Shown here: piece after piece, positions 45,890 through 64,000 of the stretch
Layout: every line of letters begins with the position of its first letter
Position numbering within the stretch: the first letter of the stretch is position 1
Assembly (NCBI GenBank): GCA_013265495.1
Contig: MU058540.1
Location: 395,696 to 459,695 of the forward strand
Origin: Vicugna vicugna
Lineage: Eukaryota
Length of the DNA stretch: 64,000 nucleotides
Direction of reading: 5' to 3'
Notes under the pieces: generated by a model
Told to the model about the DNA's origin: nothing
Database searches by the model: none
The model's input: the letters and a program-made list of their open reading frames with translations, nothing else
Made by a program: the position numbers and the translations under genes

Positions 45890-48800
45890 AAGGGGGGAGG
45901 GGCTGGGGGTGGGCAGAGCTGGGGCCAGGGAAGGGAGCAGCTGAAATGGAGGGAGAGAGGAAGACCGGGAAGGCAGGGATGGGAGCAATGGGGAAGGAGG
46001 GATTGGAGGCCAGAGGATAGGTGTAGATAGGGGCCGGAGGGGCAGGAAACAGGCCTTGAAGGGGGCAGAGGGGAAAATGATGAAGGAGAAAAAGATCGCC
46101 AGAAAAGGTGGGAAGATAGAAGGATAGGGCTGGAGGAAGAGCTGCAGAAATAATTTAGAGGTGGGAGCTGAGAGATGAAGAAAATATCACGGAAACAGAA
46201 GGGCAGAGGCTTAGAGAGGGGCCAGGAGGGGAAAATGAAAACATAGGGGTGACAAGAGAAGCCAAGAAGATGATGGGTAGAATATGGTGGGGGGCTCAGA
46301 GAATGGTAGGGGGTAGAAAAAGACAGGAGATGGAGGGAGAGAAGGGGCCAGATGGAGAGAGAGGGAGGCAGTTGGGGGTGGTGGAGGGAGGAATGGAGGG
46401 TCCAGATGGAGGGAAAAGAGGAGAGAGGGAATGGGGAATGGGTTGGGGGAGGAGAGACCAGGGCAGGGGGAGAGCCAAATTATGTGTGTGTTTGTTGAGG
46501 GGGAGGGGGGCAATAAAAGTAAGACTGAGAGATGAGAGTAGGGGGCAGGTTAGGACCCTGCCTCAGACTCTGACCCTCATTAAGGCCCTTGACCAGTGAA
46601 ATGTAACCTCTGGGGTCTTATCCGCTTCTTGTATTTTACCACTTTTACTCCCCTCCCCCACTTCCAATCCTTATTTCCATTCCCCCTCCCTCCTCTGGTG
46701 TCCATCACCTATATCTTTCCCCCCATATGGTGTCCGTTCTTTATATGAGTCCCCCTTCTGTCTTTCCCCTGTATCAGTCCCTTCCCTGCTGTCCATTTTC
46801 TCTCTCTCCCTCTCCTTTATTTGGTAGCTCCTTTACATTTCTACCACCTCTTCACCCCCTTCTTCTTGACCCCTTGTCCTAACACCCCATTAGGTCCACC
46901 TCATTTCCTCTGCCCCATGTCCATTTGGGCCCTTCGGGGATATTCTCTTTTCCCGAGAGATTTACCATCATTCCTGTCTCGTTTTCTCTTAGATCCATCC
47001 CTGTTATTTCTTCTCCACCCCGTCCTCTATTCCCTACCCCATTCCCCATCTTGTCACCACAAGTCTGTGCCTACCCACTTTCCCCTAATACCCCAGGTCT
47101 TATCACCCATTCCTCTTTTCTTGCCTCCTCTAATTCCTGGGGTGTTGGAGAGCTGCGGAGCAAAGACACAGGTTTTAATGGTTGGAACAAGACCTAAAAG
47201 AGATCCCCATCTGAGCCCTTTGGGATTTCTCATCCTAGTAAATCTTATCCCTTTTTCATCTGTGTTCCTCTGTCTCTTGCATCTGCCTCCCAGAATCATC
47301 CTTACTTAAGTCCAGACAATATTGCATGTGTGTATATTTCCAGAGTTGCTGCTAAGCAAAGTTCCTGGGTCCTGCACTACTCCCAGGAGGAGGGTCTGCC
47401 CCGTGATGTCTAGCCTGCCTCCCTGTGGCTGCAGCCTGAACCAGCTTCTCCCATAGTGATGATATGTGTCAACAGATGTCTCCGCTGGGGGTCCTCAGGG
47501 TCTGATTGCGGTGGGCATGTTGCCTGCATTGCCTGCAGTCCTAAAGCCTAGGCATTGGTACTCTCTGTATCTAGAGGGTATTGGTTGGAGTCTCTGAGGT
47601 GGCATTGAAATCCTGAGTGCTTCAAAGTATTGGGGTTTCTAGATACTTATATTCTGAGGGTTCATCTCTGACTCTGATCTGCAGGTTAGGTAAATCTGAA
47701 GCATGTCTGGAGACAGATAGGGGCTACATTTTCAAAACCCTCGTACTCAGAGCTTTCAGTTCGAATGAAGCTTAAAGACCAATGCTTTTCCTGCAATATA
47801 CCCATGATTAATTATCCTGTAAAGGTGACAGAATTTTATTTTTCTTTCTCTAAACTCTCTCTTATTCTGATTCCTTAAGCCTGTTTTCTGTCACTTCGAT
47901 GTCACCAATTTGACTTCTCTCTTACTTCCACAGGCCCTGTCCCCTGTGTCCCTGTGATGTGGCATTGGGGTTTAAAGGAGAGGCAGTTTGCAGGGATGGG
48001 GGCATGGGAAGAACAGCAAAGTTGGGGAAGTGGGACTCTGGGGGTGTCTCTGAGCATCGACAGCCCTTCATCTACTGTTCTTCTTTTCTGGAAGTTTTCT
48101 TCCCATCCCTAGCTCTAGTCTTCAGAGGCCTCCTCTATGTTACAGGCCTGGATCTTCCATTCTTCTCACACCTTTCTTACTCAAGCTCCTCCCTGTGCCT
48201 TGGGGAGGTTCCTAACTTATGAAGTTGGCTTCCATCCTGTCCATGGAGACTGGGGGCCTGGGGGGACATTACTGACTCTTCAACTTCTAGGCATGGAGTC
48301 AGGGAGGAGATCAATTCCGTATTCATTCAAACAAGGACATATCTCCTGCCTCCTCACTCTTTAGCCTCTGCAAAGCCTGATGCTGACGAGATCCATCCTC
48401 CCCCTACCACCAGAAGAACCAGAACTCTCCCCAAAGGATGAGCAGGGCTGGCCAGGGGAGGAGGGGGTGGAATAAAGAGGAGAGGCAGGAAGGGAGGCCC
48501 TCTCATGACTCTGACTCTGTGAACAGGTAAGCTCCCTCACTTCCTCTCTTCTCTAGATGTTTAGCTCTCAGAATCTTATGACCCAAATGTTCCTACATCC
48601 CCATCCTTCTTTTCCACGGTTCTGTGGCCTTCCTCTTACTCTCTTGCTGATGAGTGGTCCCACCTTCCAAATCCTTGTCTTCTGCAGCTATCTGGATGCC
48701 CTCTTCTCAGACACTTACCACCAATCTCTGTGTTTTCCTTCTACCAGTTTTGCTGCACCCTCCATCTTTCTATTTTTCTTAAGTGGATGGTGAGCTTCAC

Positions 48801-48937
48801 TTTCCTTTGCCTCTGAATTTGTACCCTCTCTGTCACGCTATAATTCCCCTCCCTGAACCACTCTTTTGTATTTCTTCCCCTGAGTCTACAGAGCCCCCTG
48901 TGATGTGATTCCCTCGCCTCTTTTCCCCCAAATGTAG

Positions 48938-63847
<14,910 letters not shown>

Positions 63848-64000
63848 TAAACATAGCTGCTCCAGACCCCAGTTACACCCTTCCTCAGCTTGATGCTTCT
63901 AAGCCTAGAGTCCCTGGACTCTGGCCTTCAACTGAATTCCGAGATTCCGTGAACCCAGGCAGCCCCTGTCCCTGCCTTTAGAAAGTGTGACCTCCCCCCA

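Overview
This is mammalian genomic DNA from the extended MHC class II region. Gene order: DAXX (-, 3' end runs off the left edge), SMIM40 (-), about 15 kb of repeat-rich intergenic DNA, KIFC1 (+, complete, 673 aa), PHF1 (+, complete, 567 aa), CUTA (-, complete, 177 aa) and SYNGAP1 (+, exons 2-9; coding exon 1 is probably hidden in an N-gap). Eleven copies of a short tRNA-Ala(AGC)-derived SINE suggest a camelid genome (Vic-1-like SINE; inference). I traced exon boundaries by hand from GT/AG signals and frame continuity; gene and repeat-family names come from recognition, not a database search. There are four assembly gaps. I see no clearly new biological system. The best leads are: (i) an upstream ATG in DAXX exon 1 that gives a 31-32 aa uORF or a 165 aa overlapping ORF depending on the exon-2 acceptor; (ii) a candidate stop-containing 21-nt microexon and a dense MEF2/EGR/AP-1/half-CRE module inside SYNGAP1; (iii) minus-strand splice signals suggesting a transcript divergent from KIFC1; (iv) an L1 ORF2 fragment with target-site duplications but no poly(A) tail.
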